Source: Macrostomum lignano
Taxonomy: Eukaryota
NCBI GenBank assembly: GCA_002269645.1
Contig: NIVC01000754.1
Location: 124,001-188,000 of the forward strand
DNA: 64,000 nucleotides
Direction of reading: 5' to 3'
The notes below the pieces were generated by a model. It made no database searches. It was not told the DNA's origin and saw only the letters and a program-made list of their open reading frames with translations. The first letter of the stretch is position 1. Each line of letters starts with the position of its first letter. The position numbers were made by a program, and so were the translations under genes. Positions 25,627-38,782 of this stretch are shown here, piece by piece.

Positions 25627-26634
25627 ATGAATCAGAATCAGGCTAATGACGCCATCGCCATGCTGGCAGAAGAATTGCGAAACCGACTAGAGATACGGCC
25701 GATGAGACACGTTAAGATTCAGAAATTCACACCTACGCAAGACATTCGGATTTGGCTAACAGCTTTCGATCAGCGCTGTGAAGTAGAAGGGATAGATGAG
25801 GAACATAGGAAGCAGGAATTGCTAGCTAATCTGGACCTGTCCACTGCATTCGCAGCGGTACAGCGCCTAAATCTGCCCGAGGATCTCGAATACGAAGAGT
25901 TCAAAGAGCGACTGATTGAGCGATTCGGAAGAATCGGTAGTTCCGCAGAATTCAGAGAGGAGTTTCGTGGAAGAATGCAAGGCAGAAATGAGCCTGTAGA
26001 GACTTTCGCAGACTGTTTGATCGAGCTGGCATCGCGTGCATTTCCGAATATGACGGTTGAGCAAAGGGAAGAAGAAATTGTTGAGCAATTCATCAAGGGA
26101 ATCAGAATTCCGTCAGAGACCCGTGAGAAGCTAATCTTTGCGCAGCCAGGCAATTTACAAGAGGCTAGAAGAATGCTAAGAAGGATGGAGGCTGCGTGGA
26201 ACATGTCTCACAAGAATGTCAACATGAGAATGGCCAAAGGCGAAGGCGAGAGTGAGCAGAAGGCAGATCAGGAGAAGCTTGAGGACATCATCAAGAAGCA
26301 GAGAGCAGAGTTAGAGCAACAGAAGAAGGCGATTGAGGAGCTGATGGAAGAGAAGAGAGCTAGCCGTCAGCAGTATCATCCGCAGAATCAATATCAAACG
26401 TACGCTCAGGTCGCTGGACCGCCGCAGCAGCCGAGATATCGGCCGCAGCAGCAGCAGCAGCAGCAGCAGCCAGTATGGCGCGGTCAGCCTCAGTTCAACA
26501 GGCAGCCACAGCAACAGCAGCAGCCTCGAGCCTGCTACAATTGCGGGAAGCTTGGCCACATGGCGAGGAATTGCCAGAGCGCTAGGCCAAACGGTCAGCG
26601 AGTGATGGACTACCAGAAGCAGCAGGGAAACTGA
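25627..26634 (+). CDS. gag: gag C (335 aa, CCHC knuckle)
   Basis: Intact ORF with QGRNEPVETFADCL and CYNCGKLGHMARNC. Confidence 0.92.
   Translation: MNQNQANDAIAMLAEELRNRLEIRPMRHVKIQKFTPTQDIRIWLTAFDQRCEVEGIDEEHRKQELLANLDLSTAFAAVQRLNLPEDLEYEEFKERLIERFGRIGSSAEFREEFRGRMQGRNEPVETFADCLIELASRAFPNMTVEQREEEIVEQFIKGIRIPSETREKLIFAQPGNLQEARRMLRRMEAAWNMSHKNVNMRMAKGEGESEQKADQEKLEDIIKKQRAELEQQKKAIEELMEEKRASRQQYHPQNQYQTYAQVAGPPQQPRYRPQQQQQQQQPVWRGQPQFNRQPQQQQQPRACYNCGKLGHMARNCQSARPNGQRVMDYQKQQGN
26625..26631 (+). promoter_or_regulatory. -1 ribosomal frameshift slippery site G GGA AAC
   Basis: Canonical X XXY YYZ at the gag stop. The -1 frame is open into the protease ORF (in frame with 26817). Confidence 0.75.
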
Positions 26635-29600
26635 GTAGCGAGGGCCGCTTTGCGAGGCCACGTCCCTCTAGCAACAATTATCGCGAATTTCAGGCCTCTG
26701 AATTTGTAAATAATGCGTATCGAAGTAATGCCAGACAGTATAGTAACAGCAGAACGCATGCCGAATTCAATAAATTTCACAGAAAACCAAATAAAAATTT
26801 TGCACCTCGTGTACATATGCCGCTTGCACCTAGTCATGCGTCTGCTAGCCACAGTAGGCCGAATAATAAAGTACAAAGTACAGTAATTCCGAATGAGCAT
26901 TCGAAGAGAGAATTCGAAGAAGATACGGAGAGAAAAGGACGAGAAGCAGTCGTCAATGGAATGCTAAGAAACCGAAAGGTCTACTTCTTGCTAGACACAG
27001 GAGCTGGACATAATTTCCTAAGCAAGAGTACTTGGAAAAAGATGTTCAGAAGTGATGAAATTGAGTTGACTACTCGAAGAGTGACTACGTTTGACGGATC
27101 AAGTGTGCGAATTGAAGGAGAAGTCAGAACGAAAATACGATTCGGAGAGATAGAGATTGAGACAGAGTTCCTGCTGTGCAATCACGAGTGTGACGACATA
27201 CTCGGGATGGAGTTCTTCATGAACTTCTGCGACAGCATCAGCCTTTCCAGAGGAATGCTTGTATTAAAAGAAGGAACCTGCATCCCAATTCAGTTTACAA
27301 AATTACCCGTACGGGTTTGCCGAATCTACAGCCATAACAGCGTGACTATACCAGCGAATAGCGCTCTTCGAATTCCAATTAGAATGACTAAAGGATCAGA
27401 AGCTAACTATGGAACGCCAATGGTCATTGACACCATTGGAGGCCAAGTGACTACGAAGAAAATTCCTTAGAGATGATTCCTACTCTAGTGACCATGAACG
27501 ATGGAACAGGAGTAGTGGAAATAATCAATCGACAGAATGACGATATCAGACTGACAAGATCTACGCTGATTGGAGTGGCCAAACCCTTGAAGCCAGGAGG
27601 CCTGGCCTACTCTATTAACAGCAAAGGTCAAGCCAGTTCAGATGATGCAATTAGGACAGTGAAGAGTGAAGAGAGTGAGTACAGCTGGATAAACGAGATC
27701 GATTTAGGAGAAGAGCTAACATCAGAACAGAAAGGACTAGTGATCGATTTGCTAAAGAAGAACAAGGAAGCATTTTCGCAGACCAACCAAGACATGGGTC
27801 TCACCCATCTTGTGACTCATGAAATATCTCTAAAAGATACCACACCGGTCAGGATTCCAACACGCAGAATTCCACCACATCTGCAAAAGCAAGTAGATGA
27901 GCAACTTGACGACATGCTTGCTAAGAACCTGATCCGACCGTGCTATAGTACTTATTCGACGCCGCTAGTGATAGTTCCTAAGAAGGATGGATCCATAAGA
28001 ATCGTCAGTGACTTCAGGGTCCTGAATTCGAGAGTGAACTATTACCCATATCCATTACCGAACATACAAGAGACTTTCGCTCAGTTATCTGGAAGCAAGT
28101 ACTTCAGTAGTCTAGATTTAAACTCTGGATACTGGCAGGTACCTATCAAAGAGGAGCACAAATTTATGACAGCCTTTTCCACCCTTACCAGAGGCCAGTT
28201 CGAATATCAGGTCATGGCACAGGGCTTGTCTAACGCTCCTGGTACATTCCAGAGACTCATGAATTTGGTGCTGATGGGAATACAGCACAAATTCGCAATG
28301 TCGTACATAGATGATATTGTGACATACTCAGAGAAATTCGAAGATCATCTCGGTCATCTGCAAGAAGTATTTCAAAGACTAATCTCAGCAGGACTAAAAT
28401 TAAGACCAAAAAAGTGCAACTTGTTTCAGAAAGAGCTAAAGTACTTAGGGCATATCGTAGGAAGAGAAGGGATTAGAACAGACCCAGCTAAGATCGAAGC
28501 GATACAGTCATGGCCTACGCCGAAAGAGGTCAAAGAACTGCGAAGCTTCTTGGGGTTGTGTAACTACTACTGCAGATTTGTAAAGAATTACGCAGAGGCA
28601 GCGCATCCGCTATTTCAATTAACTAAGAAAGGTATTCAAAACTTTAGGGAAAAGTGGACCAAGAAACATGACGAGGCTTTCCAGCAGTTGAAGCAGAGAA
28701 TGACATCGACCGAAGTACTCGCGTACCCAGAATTCTCAGAGAACGAGAATGTTCGAATGGTATTAGACACCGACGCAAGCGAAGACCGAATTGGTGCTTG
28801 CCTGGGTCAAATACAATCGGACGGGGTTGAAAGACCCATTGCTTACTTCAGCAGAGCAATGAAAGAGTCTGAGAAAAGATATCCGATTACCAGAAAAGAG
28901 CTATTAGCGCTAGTAGATGGCATGAAACACTTCCGATTTTACCTAATTGGCAAAAGGTTTCTGGCCCGCACAGACCACAAGGCAATTCTATGGTTACTGC
29001 GCCAGACCGAAGCCCAAGGAATTCTCGGAAGATGGATTGAAAGACTGAGTGAGTTTCAATACGATATTGAGCACCGCAGTGGAGCCAAACATTCCAACGC
29101 AGATGGATTGTCACGGCGACCCTCGGAACCACCAGTTGAACAGAAAGATGCTAAGATCAAAGAGAATGAGGCCGAAATTCCTAAGATGACAATAGAAACC
29201 AGCGCTGTGAAACAAGTCGTGACTAACAGCGTGAAAGATCAGAGTTGCCAGACCGACTTCACAGAAGAGTATGAATCAGATTCCGAAGACGAATTCGCAG
29301 ATGATGAATACGAAGATGCCAGTGATCAGTTCGAAGATAATGATGACATCTATGAAGATGCAAGAGACTATTTCGAAGAGGAAGAGACAGTGTGCAGAAA
29401 GCTTCTGACAGATTACCTCTCGGTTCCATTGAAGAAAGAGCAGCTGACTTCAGCGCAGCATGCTGATCCTTCTATAAGAACCTTGATGGACTGGAAGCAG
29501 AAGAAAGTGCGTGAGCCGAAGTTGCCAGAAAATGCATCCGGAGAGTTGAAGAAGATGGTTAAGTTCTACGAGCAGATGAAAATCGAAGATGAAATGCTGA

Positions 29601-31134
29601 CAGTCAGTGAAGACGGTAAACGGAAAGTAGTATTGCCAGAAAGGATTGAGAAAGATGTATTCAAAGAGCTGCATGACAGTCCGCTAGCAGGCCACCTAGG
29701 TCGGGACAAGACGCTACAGCGAGTCCGAGACCGATTCTGGAGGCCGGGGTTAGTGACTGCAGTTGAAAAGTACATCGCAGAATGCATCCCGTGTCTGGAA
29801 AGTAAAAGCGGAAATAAAGTACGAGCACCGGTGCAGACCTTTCCGATATGCGAGCCATTTCATCGGCTGCACATAGATTTGATCGGTCCAATATCAAAGG
29901 AAAGCAGAAGAGGACACCGATATGTACTTACTGTCGTAGATAGTACAACAAAGTTCCCATTCGCTTTTCCGGTTCGGAATCAGAAATCCGCGACTGTTAT
30001 CAAAACGATACAAGAGAGAATTTTCAGCGAGTATGGCCAGTGTCAATGGATACACACTGATAATGGCAAGACTTTTGTAAGTCACCAATTTCAGGCATTC
30101 TGTACCCTATACGGCATTAAGCATACTTGCACTACGCCTTACCATGCTCAGAGTAACGGGCTTGTCGAAAGATTTAACAAGCAAATTAAATCGATTGTAA
30201 CCTGTTTGATTGAAAAGGATCATTCAGATTGGGATCTGCTCATACCCGCCGCTTTGGTAGCTGTGCGAACCAGTGTTAATCAAACTACTGGGTTCACACC
30301 ACACTACTTACTATTCGGGAGAGAAGCAGATTTGCCAATAGATAGCATTGTGAAAAGGCCAAGACTATACCGAGACTATCCTAGCTATGTGCTGGATCAT
30401 GCGAAGAGAATCGAGGAGACAAAAGCAATTGTGCGAAGACAACTCGAAAAGGTGCGAGAGAAAAGGCAAGAGGACGAAGTTGAGAATCGTCAGCCTAAAA
30501 ATGTGCCAGTTGGCTGTCTCGCTCTCATCAACAATCCTCAACTTCACCAAGAGGAGAGCCACAAATTTCATCGAAAGAAAAGAGCAGCCTATCGAGTTCT
30601 TGCGAAGATATCTGATACAGTTTTCCGTGTGCAAAGAGAAATCAATGGCGAAAGGAGCGGAGAAAAACTATTAGTACATAGAAATAATCTGACTCCAGTG
30701 CCGAAATCCGAAATTGATTTACCAGAGGAAATTAATAATAATTTAAAACCAGCACCAGTGCCAACTAAGAAGAAAGAACAGCCGAAGCCGAAGAAAAGAA
30801 TTTGCCATAGACAAAAAGAAGTTAGAATTCCAGAAGTTCAAATTTTAGAGGAGGAAAGCTCAGACGAAGAAAACAGAATTCAATGGAGAGTATTCGCAGA
30901 TCCGAATTCGCAGAGTGAAAACAAGGAAATGAAGAATTGAACAGTGAAAATACAGAGAGAGCGACTGACTCAGATGAGCCATCAGAAGAAGAAGAAGGAG
31001 CATTAGAGTTAGAGGAGGAACGAGTTCAGCCAGAGAATAGGTATAACTTTAGGATGACTCAGCGAAGGAGAGAAAGAGAAGGCGCGACAGGATTTGTGCC
31101 CCGAAGGCGCTACGCGAAATATTTAGCACCTTAA
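26632..31134 (+). pseudogene. pol: pol C (PR-RT-RH-IN) with apparent frameshifts at about 27468 and about 30935
   Basis: LLDTGA, SDFRVLN, YIDDIV, LDTDASED, HLGRDKT...CIPC, HTDNG, GLVERFN. KKIP*/MIPT is most simply a 1-nt deletion. The acidic RYNFR tail is in a shifted frame. Either lesion may be an assembly error. Confidence 0.9.
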
Positions 31135-31383
31135 ATCATGACGTAAGCAATTTCCCATAAGAAACAGTGTTAAATAGTTAAAATTCCGTATTAGAATTAC
31201 TTATCTGCTTATAAAATTTGACATGCTGTACATAGAGCGAATCTGTAAATACCATATTAATCTACAAAATGCGATCTTTAATTTGATACTTTACTCAAGA
31301 AAATCTATCAAAAAATAAAAAAGTTATAAAAAGAAATAGAAAATCCATAAAAATTTAGTTGTCAAATCTGTCAAATCTGGCAT

Positions 31384-31450
31384 GCCCCGCCCCACGCGCG
31401 AGGGAGTGCTTCGAAGAGGTCCAGTTTTTCGGCCCGCCAGCCTATAAATA
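31384..31450 (+). promoter_or_regulatory. Putative internal Pol II promoter for ORF3
   Basis: GC box GCCCCGCCCC at 31384 and TATAAATA at 31443, about 90 nt before ATG 31532. Preceded by an AT-rich spacer with AATAAA at 31314. Confidence 0.5.
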
Positions 31451-31531
31451 CGAGCACCCTGCAGGCCCCACAGATCCCATAGCTCACTGCTAGCTTCCTT
31501 TCTATTCTAAGAGTCATTCGAAGAGAACCAT

Positions 31532-32405
31532 ATGGATAACTCAGTCGACATTCTGCAAGAGTTGATCGGTGACCTGTCAGACGATATGGAGCCTCAGCCA
31601 GCGCCCAACACCGACGAAAATGAGGCACCGCTTCGATGTGCAACACGTCCAAAGGCGCCTGGTGTATCCAGCAAACGGCCAAGAACATCATCGCCAGCTT
31701 CATCGCCTTGCCGCCAAATGAGGGTCGAAGGCCCCGAACAGAAGCGCGCCGCCCTGGTGGCAGCACAGGCAGCTGCGCCTGTGCGCTCCTATGTTGTCAA
31801 GGCCACGCCAGGATCGTCGACATCAAGCCGAACACAGCAGTTGGTGTCACCGCCAGCTGCCCCACCATCGAGGAAGACCCCGGCACCACGGCAGAAGAAA
31901 TCGACAGCTGCGACACCGCCAGCTCAGCAGCCAGCGCCGCAGCCGAGCCTGCAATCAGCGCAGCAGTCAGCGCTGCAGCCGAGCCTGCAATCAGCGCAGC
32001 AGTCTAGCCAGCCATCAGCACTACAGCCGAGCCAGCAGCAATCGAATTCGCAGAGATTTTCATCGCATCGTCCGAGAACTTGTGGAGACTCTCGGAGCAG
32101 AGGTGGAAAAGCTACGCTTCCACATTGAGCAATACGCACTGAAAGTAGCGTACCACCGATCCGACAGCCGACAGCGCTACCCCCAATGCTCGCAAATTTG
32201 GACACACCTGAAGTTTCTGAGGGATCAATTCAGTTACCAGGAAGCTGTCGCTGTTCTCCAGGACGTCGCCTATCGCCTCCAGCGAGCTATAAGAGCCAAC
32301 CCGCCGCCAGCGCTGACGGTCCTCGACGAAGAGTACCGATGGTTTTTCGCTCAAGTCGGCTGGCCCTACTATCGCGACCTCCCGGAGCCCTGCATGTTTA
32401 TCTGA
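31532..32405 (+). CDS. Element C ORF3, unknown non-env protein (about 290 aa if one frameshift near 32030 is bridged)
   Basis: The acidic, P/S/Q-rich N-half (frame of 31532-32128) overlaps a helical-looking C-half RIRRDFHRIVREL...WPYYRDLPEPCMFI (frame of 31791-32405). No signal peptide or TM segment. Confidence 0.6.
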
Positions 32406-34599
32406 ACTATTGAGGTGAACTAACTTTTGCGTTGCCTTTAATAACAATTTTGCCTTTTATAATACTTTTATAATAGTTCGTTTTGCTTCCATAATAGTTC
32501 TCGCTTTAATGGTTTACCTACATAATAGTTCTATCACAACCATTTTATGCACCAATTGTTTTAGCACTGAATTGTGTTTTCTGCACCTTGCTTTGCACCT
32601 TTTCACCTGCATTTTCCTACGATATCAATTTTTCACTGTATACATATAATATAGTATTTCGTTCAAAATTTGATATATAGAGGAGGAAAGTTGTACTAGT
32701 GCTATGCCTTTATCATAGTATACTCGAATGTTCTTTCAATGTAATAACTGTATATTCGAATCTTTCTTAGAAACTGAATCTACGCGAACGCCAAATAATA
32801 GTTTGTTTTAATGCGCGAAATAAATTGGAGAATTATTTTTTTGTTTTAATCGTATGTGGGGAAAATCACTATATATAGGAGCGGTTTCGCGACAAATATA
32901 CTCTAACTGTCTTTTACTCGTGAGCAAATAATTGCGAACAGAATAAGCAGTTCAATCTAAACCATTTCAAAGTCTTTGAGCTAAATAGCGACTTATTTAT
33001 TTGCAAAACCTGTGAAACGATTCTAAGAAATTTGCTAAGAGAAGGGAATTGGGACTAATTCTTGGAGATATACCAAGAGAGGCGCCGTGACCCTCTAGTC
33101 TCGGTGAACGCCCGATTAGGACTATACACTAATACATATACCAGTACTAGACCGCTCAGGCCATAAGCTACTATAACGCTACCAGAAAGCAAGCCATAAG
33201 CTACCAGAAACGCTACTAAGAACGCTACCAGAAATATTTAAATGAAATTCTAAGAAATAGTTAGGGAGTAAAAGCAAGTATAATCAGGATAACTGTAGTT
33301 GGCAAATCGGTGGGATTAAAATTGATAAAGTAAGAGGTGAAAGGCCTGTAACAACTTTGGTGGCAGCTCGTAGGATATTTAATAAACACTAATAGTTAGA
33401 AGTTTAGAAAGACAGAGCCAAAAGGCCTGTCACACAGCAGAGCATTTTACTTTTAATCATAAAAATTATTTTTAACTACTAAAAGCTATTAGCTTTTCTC
33501 TCATAAATAACACTAGTTGCACAACTGTTACTGCTGACAAAAGCTCTAACACCTTAGATTTAGTTCTTATACAAACAAAATGCTTGCAGTATGACTTTGT
33601 ACACATTTTGACATTGTTTTTTAAAAATATTATAATTTCTTCAATATAAATGTATTATTGGAATCTTTAAAGATTGCAAGAACAAATGTATAGGAAAATC
33701 ATTGTTTATTGACTTTTGAAATTGATTGTTTATGAAAAGTTATAGATGAAAGTAACCATAATCAATACCTTTTATTTCAACATACTTTGTTTCAGCTGCC
33801 AATACCATGCCTGAACTACCGCTTGCCTGGTCTCCTGCCTGCATTCTGAGCCTGTACAGGCCAACAATGCTTCATGTTTGTCTAATCTAATAACTGTCAT
33901 TATGGCATTCCATGTCCTATACCCACTTATGTTGCGACTCAGTGCAACCTAGCTCACCATCGCCACCCTTAGAGCTTTGGCAGGCTGGTTGCTTTGGTGG
34001 TGGCAATTGGTTTGGTTGTCAGCATACAGAAGATGGCTGTGCTCTAGCTACTAACCAGATGACATCAACCGACAGCCTAGGGGCTAATCTACTGCGCACT
34101 GCCTTCGAGATGAATGACTGAAGTTCTTCAACTGCTTGCTGGCTGACGCGCTACAGCCTTCATTTTTGCAGGCATCGTCTTTCATATGCGCATTAAATTT
34201 AGTTAAGAAAAGTTAAGAACTTCACTTTCATCTGAGTAAATAACAAGAAAAGACTTATATTCTCTCATGTAAAGATCTGAAATGGGAACTTTTAAACTGT
34301 TTTGATTTGACTCTCAAAGAATATTTATAATATAGTGTATTTAGGCAATGTACAGCAATGTATGGATAAATATACATACTGATAAAGAAAATACAAAACG
34401 TTCCTTCTTTGATTGTGAAATGCATTCTTGCAATGTTCGATGTTTTAAAAATGTAAGGCCTAAAAAAAAGGCAAGACCAATTGGCAACTACCGTGAAGCT
34501 AATTTGCTTGTATCAAGTTGGCGTACGCTGGCTGACATTGGATTATCTATGAGACTTGGAGTCTCGCTGCACTAAACCCTTGAAAAAACGTTAGCCAGC

Positions 34600-35594
34600 C
34601 TTTTGAGATTCAGCATAGCATTCCAGGTTCAATGGCATGTCTATGAAGATGCATCCTACATCGTCAAGACCACCGAGGTGATCGAGACCTCAATATTGTA
34701 GGGTGAGGAACATGGGTGATGCTTCTCCAGTGCGCGGTTGCCGCTACGGCCAGCAAAGTGCAATCGGGCAGTCGCATTATGTCAGTTGTAGTGAGTTCCA
34801 TTTGGATCAGTAGCACTCGGCTGCTGCTGCTGCTGGACAAAAATGCTTGGTGTGAGTTCCCTTGGCACAATTCCCGCAGGGCAATCAGGTGGGCTGCAAA
34901 TTCCTCTCCAAGATTGGCACCAGCATGCCTGACATTGGTTTTCATGGCCTCCAATTGAGACTATCGAACCAGTTGATGCTGGAAGCCCAAAAATGCGACA
35001 ATGGGACTCGAGTGCTGCAATGATGAGCAACAACGCTGAAGTCGAGCTGCACCAAAATGTCCTGTAATGGGTAATAGTGAAATGAGGAATTTTATCTGTC
35101 TAATCATTGGAATGAACTTTCCTGAAAGGTCATGCCATAACTTTTGCTGAAAATCGCGCCATTAAGAATTTAGGGACACTAGCCATGTAACATGTATGAA
35201 TGTCATCTCTTGCCCCAACCATTGGCCTTTGCTTTTAGCTACCCTTGATCCTCATAACATGTATATTGGAAAGACAGCATTTAGAAAATTTACTCACTTG
35301 TTGCAGTCAAATGTAGTGAAGACCTTGGGGTGTCAAGAAAGACACTTGGTGGATTAATTTAATCGACTTCTAGAAGCATATCATCTTGTGCAATGGTATT
35401 TTAGTAGGCCATTGCTTTGCACGAATTTCCATAGTTTGATGGGCTCTGGAAAGATGGCATGATTGATAAAGGAATACAATGTTAGTCTTACATTTTAATA
35501 TATGAATGTAGTGTAAGTACTTAACATCATAAGAAAATCTAAAGATTAATAACCTTCTCCCCAACATGGTTGGCACCATGCATTTCATTGGCAT
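34600..35594 (-). pseudogene. Decayed THAP-domain P-type transposase of the long-TIR element
   Basis: Matches the 61.3-62.5 kb transposase: MPMKCMVP vs MPRKCSVF; AKQWPTKIP vs VKHWPSDAP; INPPSVF identical; LGFQHQLVR*SQLEA vs LGFQPTLKRWSQLDA; VPHPTIL vs LPHPRTL. Confidence 0.75.
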
Positions 35595-38500
35595 GATAAC
35601 TACTGTGGATGATAAGAGAGTATATTGGTTTAATATTAAAACAAATCACTTATAAAGTAAATTAAAAACTGAATAAAAATGTGATAACTAGGCATACATA
35701 AGTACAAGCTACTATTTACTTTGAATATTTGCATAAAAAGACAAAAACTAAAGCAAGTTACTAATGTATAAGAGTAATAGAAATTGTACTCACCTATATA
35801 AACTTAAATTATAACTGAATATAAATAGCTATTAATAAATTATATTTAAATTTAATAAGTAAAAATTTGAGTTCATTAGAGCTTTCAAATTTATACGCAG
35901 AGGTAGAGCAATCAAAAAAAAATTGTCATTTTTAAAGCCGGGTGAAGAGAATTATTCACTAGGATTAGAGACTTAGTCTTAGGTAATAAATATTTTTATC
36001 CTATGTGCATAGTGTGTTAGGATTTAGGATGATGATGTAAAAATAGTAAAATAATATAAAATAAAAATATTTTTTAGTATATTGGATGTAAAATAAAAAA
36101 GAATATCAAATAAGTGAAATAAAAAATAATATATTTTACATTAAATATGCCTAGTAAAATACTGAGGGCCTTTAGTTAGTTAGACTAACAATCTATATTA
36201 AATAGCAACTGATACTGACTTGATGAAAAAATACTGAATTGGTCTTGTTAGTGTTAGTCATAATTTAAGTCTGGCTTAAAAATTGATAGCTTTCTTAAGA
36301 CAAGTAAAAAACAATATGAAATTCGCATTGGTAAATAGTGTCTGTATTTAATTACATGGACAGGTCTAGTAGAAATTAGGATAGTTACGAATATGCATTG
36401 AAAGGGACAACACACACTTGTGACGGTTCGCAACTTTGCGCTTATGAAATGAAATGTGTCAGCCTACCACTTCGCACAAAAACAGTTAAATAATTTTCGC
36501 GCGTGCCTATCAGAAGCAAAATTAAAAAGAATCCGAAACCTCCGAGCTATTTTCTAAACAAAATTTGTATTCATTAGTAAATTTCAGTAAGATTTCAATT
36601 TTTGTACAGTATTAAAAATTTTGTGCATAAATATTTGTTCGAAATGAAACCTCTGAAAAACCTCAAAACCTCCGAAACCTCTCGATGAGAATCACCCAGA
36701 AACAATAAGCAATGGCTAGTAGGTGTAGGTGGGCAGCCAGCCATAGTTTTTGGTGGTACATTAAGATATTTGAGTCACATGACTGCTTGAGCTATAAGTC
36801 TATTGCATTTGCCCCACATTGACTTGACCATTGACTGGCTAAGTTTATGGTTGACAGTAATTTCATCTGCTGCTAATTCGTTTGCATTCTTTCATCTGCA
36901 AAAATTTGATGCAGTCATTTTGTCTCCCACAAAATATTAAGCCTAAGTACGATGCTGCTACATATTATAATGAAAATAAATATCTATATATCTTAAAAAG
37001 TATGTTATGTTAGAACTAGAAGCACAAAAATACAATCTAAAAATAATTTTCCGAAGGGACCCATAGTATACATAAATAGGCCTATGTACATTTATTTTTT
37101 ATATGAATTTTGTAGGCTGAATAATTGTTCATAATAAAAATGCATTATCATCATTGGATGGGGTCATAATAATGCTCACAACAGGTAACAGCCAGCTAAT
37201 CATATTCAACAGTGAACTCTGTCTCTGCCTTCAATATTTCTAACTGCAGGATCCCTTCCAATCAATATTAGGCCTAAGTTCTTTTCTATCAATGTATAAA
37301 ATTTATATCATATTTCTTTGATATATTGCTAAAAACAAAATTTTTAGCTTGTAAAAACGAAACAAAATATCCCCAACTGATAATGATAGTGATATACTTT
37401 GTGCTAGAGAAATCTCTCATGCTGTAGGCCCTATCATTCTATACCTATTTGAATTAGAAATTTCTAAGAAAAAAATTTAAATATTGGAAAGTAGGCCTAC
37501 TAGAAGATTCTCTAATTAGGCCTAAGTAATTAGGCAAAAGCAAATGTAGCAATAGAAATAGACTAGGCAAATTTGGTGACAAGTCTTAGAGAAGAGAAAG
37601 AGGCAAAGCAATTAAGCCGATTGTGTTAAGATTCAAGAAAGCTTTAGAATGAAAAAAAAGAAGTTTGAGTTTGAAGAGTTAAAGGTAGGCCTATTGGCTT
37701 AGGTTGTAGGCTTGTAGGCTTGTAGTTTATAAATAAAAGGATAAATTGCAAGCATATTATACTCAAATTTATGGCTTTAGTAGAAATGGAACATTAAGAA
37801 TTGTGTTTATGGAACATGGATTCTAGGGTACTGATTTTTATAAGCTCAGAGAGGTAGGGTTGGCATTTGGTCTGGGCACATTTCATTGAAAAGAAGTAAA
37901 CTAGTAGGCCTATTAGTCAAAGACTACTAAAGGAAATGGGACTTGATATTAAATACCATGTGTTTCTAGCAATGAACAGTGAGTAATAGCATTTTATCTA
38001 AAATAAATTCATTTAGCCATTAATTAGCTCTACTGGTAAGTGGCTAATGAGTAGTAAGGTAGATATATTATTAACTGAAACATTTCAAGTATTTGTCATT
38101 AGGGCCTATTCAATATTTAAATATTTGATTTGATTCAAATTTAATCTAATTGGCTAAAAATTGTTTTATCTTATCTTTAGACAAGAATATAGCATAGAAA
38201 CCATAAAATATTTTTGGTAGACAAGCTATATGACATCTTTATATTATTTCTATGCATTGTTTCTATGTCCTAACCTATGATTTTAAGACCTATAAAACAT
38301 AGAAAATAAACATTAGAAAATGCAAGTTAGGTTAATGAATAATTTGATTTTTATAACAAATTTGCAATAAATTTTGCACATTAAGTGCATCAAAGATTAT
38401 TTGTACATGCCAAAATTTTCATGGCAAATGCTGTATTCTTGAATATAGACTTACAAGTATGGCCATACAAAAATGCTGTAAGTATAGTATTGCATACTCT

Positions 38501-38782
38501 TATCTTTGTTCTTTCAAATAATTTATTGCAAATTTCTTTGGTAGTTTTAGTGTTTTTTAGTGTAGGGCTATGTGTACTGCAAAATATCTTTTTACCTGGG
38601 CCTTCTCTAACTTTTCCAACTTACATTATACCGGTTATGCAACTTTTAACAAAACTGCTTGTTTAATGTTTGTTTAAGCCCTAGCTGTCCATTTGTAGCT
38701 TTTTGTTCCTTTTTGCTTTTCGTTCACCTTTTTGTACAGCATCTTGTGTTTTTGTTGTCTTTTGTAGATCTTCTAGAATCTA

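Larger units (their letters stand above)
24680..33434 (+). mobile_element. Ty3/gypsy LTR retrotransposon C with a third ORF
   Basis: LTRs 24680-25423 (744 bp) and 32692-33434 (743 bp). TSD CAGC. PBS TGGTGGCAGCGGTGGGAT (tRNA-Leu) at 25426. PPT AGAGGAGGAAAG before 32692. Confidence 0.97.
24106..36697 (-). mobile_element. Long-TIR DNA transposon (214-bp TIRs) with decayed THAP/P-type transposase, hosting element C
   Basis: 24106-24319 and 36484-36697 are inverted repeats starting GGGTGATTCTCATCGAGAGG. Flanks AGAAACAAT are duplicated (9 bp, or 7-bp GAAACAA if the ends are T..A). Confidence 0.85.

Noticed and set aside
34780-34900. Apparent gag CCHC knuckle (CGNCAKGTHTKHFC) on minus
   Set aside because: It lies in a stop-ridden frame. 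The overlapping frame aligns well to the P-type transposase, so the knuckle is coincidental.
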